A stretch of DNA of 64,000 bases from a virus. Positions within the stretch are counted from its first letter, which is position 1. Every line of letters begins with the position of its first letter. The notes below the pieces were generated by a model. That model did not search any database, was not told the origin of the DNA, and saw only the letters and a list, made by a program, of their open reading frames with translations. A program made the position numbers and the translations under genes. Positions 37,421 through 46,413 of this stretch are shown in pieces. Where the stretch lies: IMG/VR virus record IMGVR_UViG_3300032288_003288; one strand, written 5' to 3'.

Positions 37421-38372
37421 CTGCCATTTCCACGGCAGTTTCCAGCGCCTTGGTCTTGAGCGTCTTGTTCTGACCGTACCAAGCCGACTGAAGGCGAGTA
37501 TCAGCCGAACGACCGATGATGTGATCAGTCATATAGGTAACAGTGTTGAACAACTGCCAGAAAGAACCTTCGCCGAACTCAGCACCAGGCTGAGTGTGCA
37601 TCAGGTCGAGAGCAGCGGTGGCCGACTTCGAGAGATCCTTCTGCGAATCTTCCTTGCTGGTCAGGACCGGGAAAACACGCTTGAAGTAGTCTACGACGTC
37701 TTCGTTCTTGTAGCGCTTCTGGCTGAGGTGCTGAGCCATTTCCTTGTACTGCTCGAGCTTGTGCTTGGCAACTCCCAGCGTTTCCTTGACCATGTCAGCG
37801 TCGAACTCACGACGATGGCTGACCTTGACCATCTGCTTGGCAGTCTGATTCAGCGAGAGAGTCAGCGTGTTGTTGCAGACCACGCGAATAGGAGTGAAGC
37901 GAACGTCGATCGACTGACCGTAGGAGTGCGGGTTGGTGAAGAGCAGGTAGCTGTCTACCTGGTCCTTGCCACCGAAGAGCTCGAACGACTCGTTGACCTT
38001 AGCCAAGGCCCAGACGATCTTGCCGTCGCGAAGCGAACCAGCGGTGTGCATCTCCATGTCACCAGCACCAACGAAGTCGTTGAAGAACTCGAAAGCTTCG
38101 TGGTTCTGCATCGGATTCCAGTCGTCAGTGATGACGTCGATCACCTTCTGGTCGAGCGAGCGAACCAGCGCGCGGTGACCAGTAGCCAACTTCTGACCAC
38201 CAACCTCAGCGAAGAGATCCACCGGATCTACTGTCCAGTCGAGGCCAGCTGCCTGCAGCATCTGCTCAGGAGTCAGGTCGTTAGGAACCTTGGTGCCGAG
38301 ACCGTGCCACGGAAGATCACCAGCGTAAGCCATAGAAGCCTGACCATTTACCATTTCAATCATATGTGCCAT
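37410..38372 (-). CDS. DUF932 family (phage/plasmid TIGR03299-like) protein
   Basis: PWHGLG, AGLDWTV, TAGSLRDG and TPIRVVCNNTL motifs. Confidence 0.9.
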   Translation of the reverse strand: MAHMIEMVNGQASMAYAGDLPWHGLGTKVPNDLTPEQMLQAAGLDWTVDPVDLFAEVGGQKLATGHRALVRSLDQKVIDVITDDWNPMQNHEAFEFFNDFVGAGDMEMHTAGSLRDGKIVWALAKVNESFELFGGKDQVDSYLLFTNPHSYGQSIDVRFTPIRVVCNNTLTLSLNQTAKQMVKVSHRREFDADMVKETLGVAKHKLEQYKEMAQHLSQKRYKNEDVVDYFKRVFPVLTSKEDSQKDLSKSATAALDLMHTQPGAEFGEGSFWQLFNTVTYMTDHIIGRSADTRLQSAWYGQNKTLKTKALETAVEMADAA

Positions 38373-38403
38373 AACAAAATTACCTCTTAGTGTTGATATT
38401 CTT

Positions 38404-38432
38404 AATCTACTACGCTTTTGAAAATAAGTACA
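38404..38432 (-). promoter_or_regulatory. Phage early promoter TGTACT-N17-TAGATT
   Basis: Repeated motif, upstream of the DUF932 gene. Confidence 0.75.
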
Positions 38433-38449
38433 CTAGTTTTTTAAAAAAA

Positions 38450-38653
38450 TTAGTCGATCATGATCTTAGCCCCAGCTGCCATCAAGATCAGACCGCCGAT
38501 AGACTGCAGAGTCATCTGCAAGCCACTCATAGGCTCACCAGCGACGCAGTCTGCTGCAGCACGACATTCTTCGTAGAAGTCCGAGCTACCGGCAGTGCCG
38601 ATGATCAGGAAGAAGCCGCCGAGGACCATAATGTAACCAAGAGTCTTCATCAT
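38450..38653 (-). CDS. Small two-TM membrane protein
   Basis: MMKTLGYIMVLGGFFLIIGTAGSSDFYEEC..; GGAG RBS before the ATG. Confidence 0.65.
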   Translation of the reverse strand: MMKTLGYIMVLGGFFLIIGTAGSSDFYEECRAAADCVAGEPMSGLQMTLQSIGGLILMAAGAKIMID

Positions 38654-38765
38654 TATCTCCAAATAAAAAGGATCAGAACGCCGGCTCACTTAGCAATATC
38701 TAGCAATTTACGAAAAGCCATTCGGGACGTTCTGATCAAGTAACCTCTTAACTGATTATAGGTCT

Positions 38766-38794
38766 ACCTTACTCTAGTTTTCAAAATAAGTACA
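38766..38794 (-). promoter_or_regulatory. Phage early promoter TGTACT-N17-TAAGGT
   Basis: TGTACTTATTTTGAAAACTAGAGTAAGGT, nearly identical to the 40105 copy. Confidence 0.75.
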
Positions 38795-38844
38795 TGCCTA
38801 TTTCGAAAAAAGGATAAAATATTTTATCTAACAATATCAATGGT

Positions 38845-39014
38845 CTAGTTCTTATCCTTCCATTGACCACAGAATGCGCTAGGCTTTACCTCAGGAAAAC
38901 ATTCCATCCTTTAACATCATACACAGGAGGACTGATTCTGCATTGACCGATCTGGCCCGCGAACTCGTCCTGCTTTAAATAGACATAATATCTACACGAT
39001 TCACATAGTCTCAT
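38845..39014 (-). pseudogene. Small four-Cys protein interrupted by a 1-nt frameshift
   Basis: MRLCESC...GQC..PP...WNVF stops early; the adjacent frame continues FPEVKPSAFCGQWKDKN*. Span is 170 nt. Confidence 0.55.
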
Positions 39015-39028
39015 TACAACTACTCCAA

Positions 39029-39271
39029 TTATGACGTCAGCTTCTGGTGAGCCATGGTGATGTGCTTACACTTACCATGATGGGTAAATCCCATACACTC
39101 GCACTTCCACCCAGACTCAGTCAGGGTAGTCAGGTAGGTCGTACCCATACAGTTGGTATACGGCCACTGAAAGCCAGCGTAGAAGTGGCCCCTGTAGTTG
39201 ATTCCAGGCAGAGCCAGAGCCTTACGGTCATACTTGTTACGCCGCTTAGGAGCAGGATTACGTCTGTCCAT
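39029..39271 (-). CDS. SWIM-type zinc-finger protein
   Basis: CECMGFTHHGKCKH motif. Confidence 0.75.
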   Translation of the reverse strand: MDRRNPAPKRRNKYDRKALALPGINYRGHFYAGFQWPYTNCMGTTYLTTLTESGWKCECMGFTHHGKCKHITMAHQKLTS

Positions 39272-39548
39272 TGGCTACTCCAAAGATACTGGACCATGTC
39301 TCAAGACGCTCTCTTTTGTTGTATCTTGACGTGTTCATTATGTTCTCATCGATCAGATCATGGTCAACCATCAGAGCTACCATGCACAGCAGATCGCCTA
39401 CCTCGGCGGATAGGTGCTTCTTGTTGATTACACCTTTCCACTCAGACTCTAGGCCAAAGCGCAAGACTTTACTGATGGCTTGAGTCACCTCAGCACATTC
39501 CTCTGCTGCGATCAGCAGGATCTCTTTATCTTTATCGTTCATTACCAT
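39258..39548 (-). CDS. MazG-like NTP pyrophosphohydrolase
   Basis: EECAEVTQAISK..RFG and EVGDLLCM motifs. Confidence 0.8.
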   Translation of the reverse strand: MVMNDKDKEILLIAAEECAEVTQAISKVLRFGLESEWKGVINKKHLSAEVGDLLCMVALMVDHDLIDENIMNTSRYNKRERLETWSSIFGVANGQT

Positions 39549-39742
39549 TCCTTAAAGTCGCCAGAATCACACTGATCGTTGAAACCGGCCGCATATGCGG
39601 CGAGTTCTTCTTGAGTCAGATCCTCGACTCGCTCAGACGAGTATGTGCCGGACTTGTAGTAGTGCGGATCATAAGGACGCCGATAGTAGGCATCAGCCGA
39701 CCCCCGATCGTATGGACCTCCGTGACGCTTGTCGTAAGTCAT
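39542..39742 (-). CDS. Conserved phage hypothetical protein
   Basis: RHGGPYDRGSADAYY..PHYY motif. Confidence 0.75.
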   Translation of the reverse strand: MTYDKRHGGPYDRGSADAYYRRPYDPHYYKSGTYSSERVEDLTQEELAAYAAGFNDQCDSGDFKEW

Positions 39743-40098
39743 TAGTACTGCTCCAGAGGGTTGAAGCCAAACGAAGCGCAGCGATAGAGCTGACCGTCGT
39801 GTTCGACAATGTCGCCGACCGACATCGAGCTGCAGCGCTTCAGACGCTCGATCTTCGACTCATCGTTCCAGAGATTCATGAGGCTGAAAGCTTCTTCGAG
39901 GTTATCTGCGTCAACGTTCGCGACGTGATCGTAGTGCTTGAACGTTTCGGCCTTGAAGGTCTTCTCGAACGAGCGGTTGAAGTACGCCTTGATGCGATCG
40001 TTCTCAGGCATTTCGCCCGAGTTGTTCACGAGGTTGATCTCGTAGTCGCTCAACTGGATCTGGTAGACCTTGATCATGTATGTTCCTTTCTTCATCAT
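39742..40098 (-). CDS. YodL-like hypothetical protein
   Basis: LEEAFSLMN...SMSVGDIV motif; early promoter upstream. Confidence 0.65.
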   Translation of the reverse strand: MMKKGTYMIKVYQIQLSDYEINLVNNSGEMPENDRIKAYFNRSFEKTFKAETFKHYDHVANVDADNLEEAFSLMNLWNDESKIERLKRCSSMSVGDIVEHDGQLYRCASFGFNPLEQY

Positions 40099-40104
40099 GG
40101 TCCT

Positions 40105-40133
40105 ACCTTACACTAGTTTTCAAAATAAGTACA
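40105..40133 (-). promoter_or_regulatory. Phage early promoter TGTACT-N17-TAAGGT
   Basis: TGTACTTATTTTGAAAACTAGTGTAAGGT. Confidence 0.75.
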
Positions 40134-40134
40134 C

Positions 40135-40172
40135 AAAAAAACGCACCCAGAGCCTGTCCAAGTGCGTTTTTT
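40135..40172 (-). terminator. Possible terminator after the exonuclease gene
   Basis: AAAAAACGCAC...GTGCGTTTTTT inverted repeat with a U-run; the loop is long (15 nt). Confidence 0.45.
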
Positions 40173-40194
40173 ATTTTGCTTTAGAATCAAAGGT

Positions 40195-40860
40195 TTATCT
40201 GGAGTGATACCTTTTGACCAGTTCTGTGGCCTTCTGAGCGTAGTTCTTAGGATACTCTACGAACACCTGAGGCTCTGGGTTGTCATCCACAGCTATCAGG
40301 ACAGCTACCTTCTTGGCCATCAGGCCAGTCATTTCCCAGAGCATGTAGGAGTACAGGCTGGCCTGTAGGAAGTAGCCCTCGATCCATTCCTTGCGCTTGA
40401 GCTTGGACGAGGTCTTGTAGTCGATGATGGCTAGCTCGCCGTCAAAGTCAGCGATCAGGTCACACGTTCCTGCCACCTTGAGGTAGTGGCTGACGAGCAT
40501 CGACTCGATGCCTCTGATGTTGTCTACCCTACGATCAATGACTGACTTGAGCTGCTTGAAGGCGACCAGGTTGGTCAGTCTGCTGGTGTCTACCATGTTT
40601 CCTAACACATAGTCTTCACACATGCTATGGACGTTAGTGCCTCGAGTGGAAGCAAAGCTAGAGACTCTGTCTGCTTCTGCGTCGCCTACTCTCTTGCGCC
40701 ATTGGTCTAGTGCAGACTTGTCAGTCATGGCTCCTAGGACGGTGGTGACAGAAGGATACTTCCTTCCATCCTCTGTTACATAGTATCTAGTACCGTCTTC
40801 TTCTACACGACTAAGCGGCTCAAAATTGAGCAAGTCAATGTTAAATGGCTTTCGATCCAA
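40195..40860 (-). CDS. PD-(D/E)xK exonuclease (Cas4/RecB-like)
   Basis: YPSVTTVL, RGTNVH, AGTCDLI, IIDYKTS and YFLQASLY motifs; start uncertain (TTG near 40860). Confidence 0.85.
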   Translation of the reverse strand: MDRKPFNIDLLNFEPLSRVEEDGTRYYVTEDGRKYPSVTTVLGAMTDKSALDQWRKRVGDAEADRVSSFASTRGTNVHSMCEDYVLGNMVDTSRLTNLVAFKQLKSVIDRRVDNIRGIESMLVSHYLKVAGTCDLIADFDGELAIIDYKTSSKLKRKEWIEGYFLQASLYSYMLWEMTGLMAKKVAVLIAVDDNPEPQVFVEYPKNYAQKATELVKRYHSR

Positions 40861-41602
40861 GACCAAGCTTCTCGCGGGTGATAATGTATTCACGAACCAA
40901 TTTGCTCCTAACAATGTCGTTCTGATCAAATTCAATATACTCAAAATCTGACAGCTTGTAAATGATTTTCATGAAGTCTTTTAGACCGTTACGCTCTTGT
41001 TCTCTCGTAAGGTCTGACTGACGGAAGTCTCCGCAGAAGATGACTTTGCAGTTGCTGCCGATGCGAGTGATGACCGAGTCTAGTTCCTGATAGGTCATGT
41101 TCTGCATCTCGTCTACGATCACGTAGCAGTCGTTCATTGTAATGCCACGAACGAACGACGTAGACACAAAGTCGATAGCAGCTTTCTGCTTTAGAATGTC
41201 GTATGCATCTCCGCGACCAAACAACTCAGTTGAGATGGAGTAGTACGGAGCCTCGTAGACCTTCATCTTTTCTTTCTGACTGCCGGGCAAGAAACCCATG
41301 TCTCTCGTGGGCACTACAGACCGAACCACATAGATCTTGTTCTGCAGACCAGAGCCATCGATCAACTCGCGCAGTGTCAGATACAGAGACAAGAACGTCT
41401 TGCCTGTACCAGCCATGCCGTGAAGCATCAGATGCTTACCACGTTCAAAAGCCTCGAACGTCAGACGCTGATTCTCTGTCAACGGCTCAATGTATCTGAG
41501 ATTAAAGTTTTCTGACTTGAAGTTTGGTCTATTCAGGAGAACTTCGTCACCAGTCTGCCTAAGAATACGCTTTTGTCTTTTAGTAAGTCTCGGCTGATTC
41601 AC
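40841..41602 (-). CDS. phoH: PhoH-family ATPase
   Basis: GMAGTGKT, DMGFLPG, VDEMQN, GDFRQSD and DIVRS motifs. Confidence 0.95.
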   Translation of the reverse strand: MNQPRLTKRQKRILRQTGDEVLLNRPNFKSENFNLRYIEPLTENQRLTFEAFERGKHLMLHGMAGTGKTFLSLYLTLRELIDGSGLQNKIYVVRSVVPTRDMGFLPGSQKEKMKVYEAPYYSISTELFGRGDAYDILKQKAAIDFVSTSFVRGITMNDCYVIVDEMQNMTYQELDSVITRIGSNCKVIFCGDFRQSDLTREQERNGLKDFMKIIYKLSDFEYIEFDQNDIVRSKLVREYIITREKLGLGSKAI

Positions 41603-41603
41603 T

Positions 41604-41894
41604 TTATGTCCTATTCTTATACTTGTTTACAGCTTCTCTGACTTTGACAGACTTGGTATCTTTTGCACCGTGTTTTTCTGCAAGAGGAGAGCCGGGGTTT
41701 GCATCTGCGACTCTTCTCAACATGTCATTGAAACCGGAGTCGGTCTTGATGCCACCTACACCACCTACCACATTCACCTTATAGACCAGCCGAATGTCTG
41801 GGTTTTCAGCGAGAAACTCCTTCATGCTGTCATATGACATGAATTCGTCCCACTTCTCGTCAGTGGTAGTGTCATGAAATTCATAGAGAGGCAC
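41604..41894 (-). CDS. Conserved FmdB-like small protein
   Basis: MPLYEF..D..GFNDML pattern, usually found next to phoH in T4-like phages. Confidence 0.65.
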   Translation of the reverse strand: MPLYEFHDTTTDEKWDEFMSYDSMKEFLAENPDIRLVYKVNVVGGVGGIKTDSGFNDMLRRVADANPGSPLAEKHGAKDTKSVKVREAVNKYKNRT

Positions 41895-42052
41895 TATTCT
41901 TCGTCGATCTTTAGAAGAGTGTCGATGTCTTTCGCTCGAAGAGCACTGATCAGGTGTTTTTCTTTACGATGATTTTGAAGATCACGGCGATTGGGAGTGT
42001 AATCGTCTTCAAGAAACTCTTTAAGCTTCTTGATGTTCTGCTTTTTCTTCAT
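41894..42052 (-). CDS. Hypothetical 52-aa protein
   Basis: Read manually: MKKKQNIKKLKEFLEDD...ALRAKDIDTLLKIDEE*; fills the gap between neighbours. Confidence 0.6.
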   Translation of the reverse strand: MKKKQNIKKLKEFLEDDYTPNRRDLQNHRKEKHLISALRAKDIDTLLKIDEE

Positions 42053-42461
42053 GGATCAGACCCGGAAATGCTTTGTTGATGTGCTTTACTGTAAGTCCCT
42101 TGACAGGGAGTTTCTTGTCTTTAGCAGACAGAAGGAGTTTGGCGTCGCCAGGATGTATAGTCTCCAACATTTCAATGAAGAGCTGTTCACGCCTGACCGG
42201 TCGCATATTTACATTAGCATGTTCTAAGAATAGGTAGAGACGACGAGCTTCAGTGTACATCATGCCGTGTGTCTCAGGCTCAGGAGCTTCGTTATAAGGA
42301 GGCTCGCCTTCTGGCAATAGCCACTTGACTCGTGGATCCAAAGCAAACTGTAGGATCATCTTCAGCGGCTCGCTCTCGTTTTTTTGAAGGAAAGCAATCT
42401 TATCCTCTTCCTTCTTTTGAGCTGCAGCTTGAGCCACGATTTCGAATATAGCTAACTTCAC
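42021..42461 (-). CDS. Conserved T4-like hypothetical protein downstream of rnh
   Basis: LLPEGEPPY and RREQLFIEMLETIHP motifs. Confidence 0.8.
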   Translation of the reverse strand: MKLAIFEIVAQAAAQKKEEDKIAFLQKNESEPLKMILQFALDPRVKWLLPEGEPPYNEAPEPETHGMMYTEARRLYLFLEHANVNMRPVRREQLFIEMLETIHPGDAKLLLSAKDKKLPVKGLTVKHINKAFPGLIHEEKAEHQEA

Positions 42462-43313
42462 TTAAAAGTCTCCAATGCTCTCAATGAGATTCTTCATTCT
42501 CTTTTGAATAAAGTAGTTGAGAAGGTTCTTCCTAGACTTGCCTTCCTGGTTTATATATTCATCCAAGATTTTCTCCCTGATCTGGGGAGGAGTAAAAGAC
42601 AGGTCGACTAGCTGTTGGTTGCGCTTATAGTTACGCAACATCTGCTCGTCACAGAACTGTTCAGGTTGCTGAGTAACCCAGTGATCAAGCTTCTTCTGTC
42701 CTAGAGGACGCTGACGCTGACCAACCACAAAGGTGTTGTCAGCAGACAAGAAGTTAGGCACACCGTCGCCTACGTCGCCGCGCATGATGTGCTCGTTGAG
42801 GAAGCGAGTAGGATCGTTCGTAATACGCCACTTCTTCTGGACCGGGTCGTACTGCTTGACGTTGAAGTACTTCTGCAGCTGCATGAAGTCCTTGTCGCCT
42901 GACACGATCAAGATCTTTTCGCTGGTGTTGGCATACTTTTCGACCAACACTCCGATGACGTCGTCAGCTTCTGCGCCGTCTACGTGAATGACCCTGTACG
43001 GGAAGTTGTTCTTGATGTCTTCGCGCACGCCGTTCAAGATCGTAAAGATCTTGTTCCAGTCCAGCTCGCTGGCATCACGAGACTTCTTGCGATTGGCCTT
43101 GTAGTAAGGAAAGATTTGCTTGCGCCAGTTGTTGCCAGCGTCTGCTGCAATGACCATCTCTCCGTATTCCGAACGGAACTTGGCATTGTATGAGCGCAGT
43201 GAGTTGAGGATCATGTGGCGAAGGAGATCCTCGTCCACTTCGATGTTAGTGTGATTACCGATCTGCGACATAAAGTTCGAGATCATCACTTGGTTCAAGT
43301 CAACAATAATCAT
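42462..43313 (-). CDS. rnh: RNase H (5'-3' exonuclease)
   Basis: YKANR, EADDVI, SGDKDFMQL and GDVGDGVPNFLS motifs. Confidence 0.95.
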   Translation of the reverse strand: MIIVDLNQVMISNFMSQIGNHTNIEVDEDLLRHMILNSLRSYNAKFRSEYGEMVIAADAGNNWRKQIFPYYKANRKKSRDASELDWNKIFTILNGVREDIKNNFPYRVIHVDGAEADDVIGVLVEKYANTSEKILIVSGDKDFMQLQKYFNVKQYDPVQKKWRITNDPTRFLNEHIMRGDVGDGVPNFLSADNTFVVGQRQRPLGQKKLDHWVTQQPEQFCDEQMLRNYKRNQQLVDLSFTPPQIREKILDEYINQEGKSRKNLLNYFIQKRMKNLIESIGDF

Positions 43314-43328
43314 AGCTATATAAGAGTA

Positions 43329-43694
43329 TTACTCTTCTCCAGTTTTATCTACAACGATATCTAGGTCATACTTATATTCTAGATTTCCATCTTCGTGTTC
43401 GAACAGAGAGAACGAAGATTCAGTGAAGTCGTGCAGCGCGTGTTCTAGGTCTAGTGACTTATAGACCAGCGCCTTGAAGCTCTCGCAAAATAAAGCTAGA
43501 TCCTTGCCGCACTTTTCACTGTCGATATCCAATCCTCCTTCGAGGATGATCTGAATAATATGCGGAAAGGCCATAGTCATCATGTAATCTGCGCGAGCTT
43601 TGCGAAGAGTTGCTATAGATTCATGCAACTCTTCAAGCGATTGCGGTGGACTCTCGCCCTTGGCTTTAGGAAATATGATAACATTATTTGTCAT
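43329..43694 (-). CDS. Hypothetical protein
   Basis: NNVIIFPK start and HALH motif; coupled to the upstream gene. Confidence 0.7.
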   Translation of the reverse strand: MTNNVIIFPKAKGESPPQSLEELHESIATLRKARADYMMTMAFPHIIQIILEGGLDIDSEKCGKDLALFCESFKALVYKSLDLEHALHDFTESSFSLFEHEDGNLEYKYDLDIVVDKTGEE

Positions 43695-44824
43695 TTAATG
43701 ATCCGCAACAGGATGGTATCTGTATTTATACGTCCGTTAGGCTTGGACTCGACAGTCTTGAGATCATCCATTATCTTTCTTAGTGCCACACGCCCTGCTC
43801 CAAGCAACTGCTGTATGGTGATATCTGGCTTGCGCAAGCTTTTGGTCGATGACTTGTCGACATCGTAGCCAATAAGCGTGGTACCCTTCACTTGGATCCC
43901 AGTTGGGCCAACAGCGTCGTACCTCGTCAGCCTCTTGTACTTTGTATTGTAGGTCCATAGTTGCTGACATCCCACGATCTCGACGGGGTTAACAGATACG
44001 ATCTTGAGAGGAGCGAACTCCTTCTGGAACTTGAGCTTCTCGACCTGCTTGGCCAGAGGCTTCTCGCGAATCGTCTTTGGCTTGCGAACCTTGGTGACCT
44101 TCTTGTTGCCGATGTACCGATTCAGATCATCGATGACCGCCTGCATGAAAGCACGTTCATCCTTTAGCTTCTTACCAAAAGCTTCTTTGACCTGCTCATC
44201 GTCGCTCATGACCTCGTCATAGATCGGCTGGTAATAAGCCAGCATGAAGCGAGCTGCAGCAGGAGTGGCTGTGTACTTCTGCAGAAACTCATACATCGAT
44301 CCACGCTCATCGATGACTTTGCCTTCGGCGTCAGACAGAAGCTGATTGTTCCTGGCCTTTGTGCGAGCCTGAATGTCGACGATCGGCTTTGCCTTAGGAA
44401 CCTGAGGCTGCTCTTCAGTCTCTTCATCGAGACGGATGCGAGCTGCTCCCATCTCCTCGATGCGAGTGACGATCCATTCCTTGTTCTCTGCAGCAAGCTT
44501 AGTACCGTTCAGCGCCATCTTGGCGATCCAGCCAGGGGTGGTGCTGACGAGTTTATCAGGGATATCGCGAACGATCTTGCTGAGGTCTGCACGACCTTCG
44601 ATCTTGAGATACTGAAGCAACCACTGCTTTGCCTTGGAGGCATCGTACATGTAGTTGTACCAGTTGAGGACTTCCGTCAGACGAGGATCTCGCCGACCAG
44701 TCAGTTCCTCGAGGATGGGCTCGTCGCCCATGTACTTGCTATCGAGCGAAGCGTTGCGACGGTTCGAGATAGGCTTCTTCTTGATCTTCTGTGTGATGCT
44801 CTTTTTAGCCACGTTTTTCTCCAA
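43691..44824 (-). CDS. Conserved T4-like hypothetical protein
   Basis: C-terminal YNTKYKRL..KGTTL..KSLRKP..NGRINTDTILL motif. Confidence 0.8.
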   Translation of the reverse strand: MEKNVAKKSITQKIKKKPISNRRNASLDSKYMGDEPILEELTGRRDPRLTEVLNWYNYMYDASKAKQWLLQYLKIEGRADLSKIVRDIPDKLVSTTPGWIAKMALNGTKLAAENKEWIVTRIEEMGAARIRLDEETEEQPQVPKAKPIVDIQARTKARNNQLLSDAEGKVIDERGSMYEFLQKYTATPAAARFMLAYYQPIYDEVMSDDEQVKEAFGKKLKDERAFMQAVIDDLNRYIGNKKVTKVRKPKTIREKPLAKQVEKLKFQKEFAPLKIVSVNPVEIVGCQQLWTYNTKYKRLTRYDAVGPTGIQVKGTTLIGYDVDKSSTKSLRKPDITIQQLLGAGRVALRKIMDDLKTVESKPNGRINTDTILLRIIK

Positions 44825-44834
44825 TCTATGATTA

Positions 44835-44863
44835 AATCTACCATAGATTTCAAAAAATGTACA
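44835..44863 (-). promoter_or_regulatory. Phage early promoter TGTACA-N17-TAGATT
   Basis: Variant of the repeated motif. Confidence 0.7.
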
Positions 44864-44885
44864 TGTTTATTTTTATTAAATGTTA

Positions 44886-45482
44886 TCAATACTTTAGGTC
44901 TTCAGGATCTAGGTAGGTATGGCGAGCCCTGATGTTTTGAGCTATGAAGTGCATGATGGCTTGACTCACGTCCTCTACGATACCGTAGTTTCCTGATGGG
45001 ATGTGAATGGCCACGTCTGCCAATTCTTTGGCCTTTCCTCCATCGAACCCGAGGATGGCGATCGACTTCATGCCGATCTCTTTGGCCATCTTGAGAGCAT
45101 TGATGATATTAGGACTGTTGCCGCTCGAGCTGATGGCAATCAGCAGGTCGTCTTGAGCTGCTGACCAAGATAGCTGCTTAGAAAACACATGCTCAAAGCC
45201 GATGTCGTTGGCCACAGCAGTCATCATAGAATCGTTGCAGTTCAGAGACACGATCTTCGGAAAGAAGTTTGTATCGCATGCCACGCCTTTGACGCAGTCA
45301 CATACCAGATGGTTTGAGATGGCAGCAGAGCCGCCGTTACCACATGAGTAGATCGTGCCACTGGTAACGTAGGCTTCTACGATCAGCTCTATCGCACGTT
45401 CAACCTTATTGGCTTCAACGTTATCCAAAGCCTTTGATAGATGGTCAGAGTACTCGAATAAGCTCTTAATCACGGTAGACAA
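44886..45482 (-). CDS. gmhA: Phosphoheptose isomerase (SIS domain)
   Basis: CGNGGSAA, AND.GFE.VF, ISSSGNSPNI and EDV..H motifs. Confidence 0.9.
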   Translation of the reverse strand: MSTVIKSLFEYSDHLSKALDNVEANKVERAIELIVEAYVTSGTIYSCGNGGSAAISNHLVCDCVKGVACDTNFFPKIVSLNCNDSMMTAVANDIGFEHVFSKQLSWSAAQDDLLIAISSSGNSPNIINALKMAKEIGMKSIAILGFDGGKAKELADVAIHIPSGNYGIVEDVSQAIMHFIAQNIRARHTYLDPEDLKY

Positions 45483-46413
45483 CGCGTGCTCCTTCGTGTG
45501 CGCATTGAATGATTAGACACTCGCGATCACTAAACTCTTCATGCAGAGCAGGATCGTCTTCTGACAGGGCTAGCATGTATCCTCCGCCGCCGGCACCGAG
45601 AAGCTTGGCACCCCATGCTCCTGCCTTCATGCAACGATCGTACATCTCGTCGATGGTACTGTTTGAGATGCTGTCATCCATCTGCTTCTTTAGTTGCCAC
45701 GCAGACACCAACAGAGCTCCGTATTCTTTGGCAGTCATAGGCGGTTGACCATATGTCATGTCTGCCATATCGGCCAGAGAACGAATTACGAACTGTTTAG
45801 CGTCGAAGTTGATGTTGCCGAGTATCTCAGATGCATGTCTCTCGATGTTAGTAGGGATCAGAGTAATGTAGGGTTCAATGAATGCGGGATTCATGCGACT
45901 TACTCTAATGTTGCCTTCATTACTATACTTGATATAGTTCATTCCACCAAGAGCAGACGCATACTGATCTTGCTTACCGATCTTCCATTCACACATGTCT
46001 AATTCAATATGACATGCTAGTTCGGCTACGTCGAGTTGATTGTACACATCTCCCATTCCAATGTATTCTGTAATGGCCCTGATCAGTGCACAAGTAAAGG
46101 CAGACGATCCACCAAGACCTGTACCGATCGTGGGAATGTCTGCGAAAGATGTGATCTCGATGTTAGATCGAATGTTGAAGTACTTCAGAACGTTCTTGAC
46201 GATCTCGTTCTGGAGATCTTCTACGTCAGTCACGCACTCTTGTTTTGAATAAGAGACTTTGATATGATTCTGAGGAGTGTACATGACAGCTACATAGACG
46301 TAGCGATCAATGGCCATGGAAATGGTAGCTCCACCCCATTGCATGAAGTGGGCCGGAATGTCCGACCCACCTCCGAAGAAACTAATTCTAAGCGGCGCTT
46401 TTGACAGAATCAT
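45466..46413 (-). CDS. hddA: GHMP kinase, D-glycero-alpha-D-manno-heptose-7-phosphate kinase-like
   Basis: APLRISFFGGGSD, GTGLGGSSAF, IGKQDQYA and GAKLLGAGGGG motifs. Confidence 0.88.
   Translation of the reverse strand: MILSKAPLRISFFGGGSDIPAHFMQWGGATISMAIDRYVYVAVMYTPQNHIKVSYSKQECVTDVEDLQNEIVKNVLKYFNIRSNIEITSFADIPTIGTGLGGSSAFTCALIRAITEYIGMGDVYNQLDVAELACHIELDMCEWKIGKQDQYASALGGMNYIKYSNEGNIRVSRMNPAFIEPYITLIPTNIERHASEILGNINFDAKQFVIRSLADMADMTYGQPPMTAKEYGALLVSAWQLKKQMDDSISNSTIDEMYDRCMKAGAWGAKLLGAGGGGYMLALSEDDPALHEEFSDRECLIIQCAHEGARVVYRD

Noticed and set aside
37521-38390. 289-aa plus-strand ORF and many similar antisense ORFs in the track (e.g. 28467..29162, 32440..32925, 39595..40116)
   Set aside because: They are shadow ORFs opposite well-supported genes, explained by codon bias, with no RBS or motifs.
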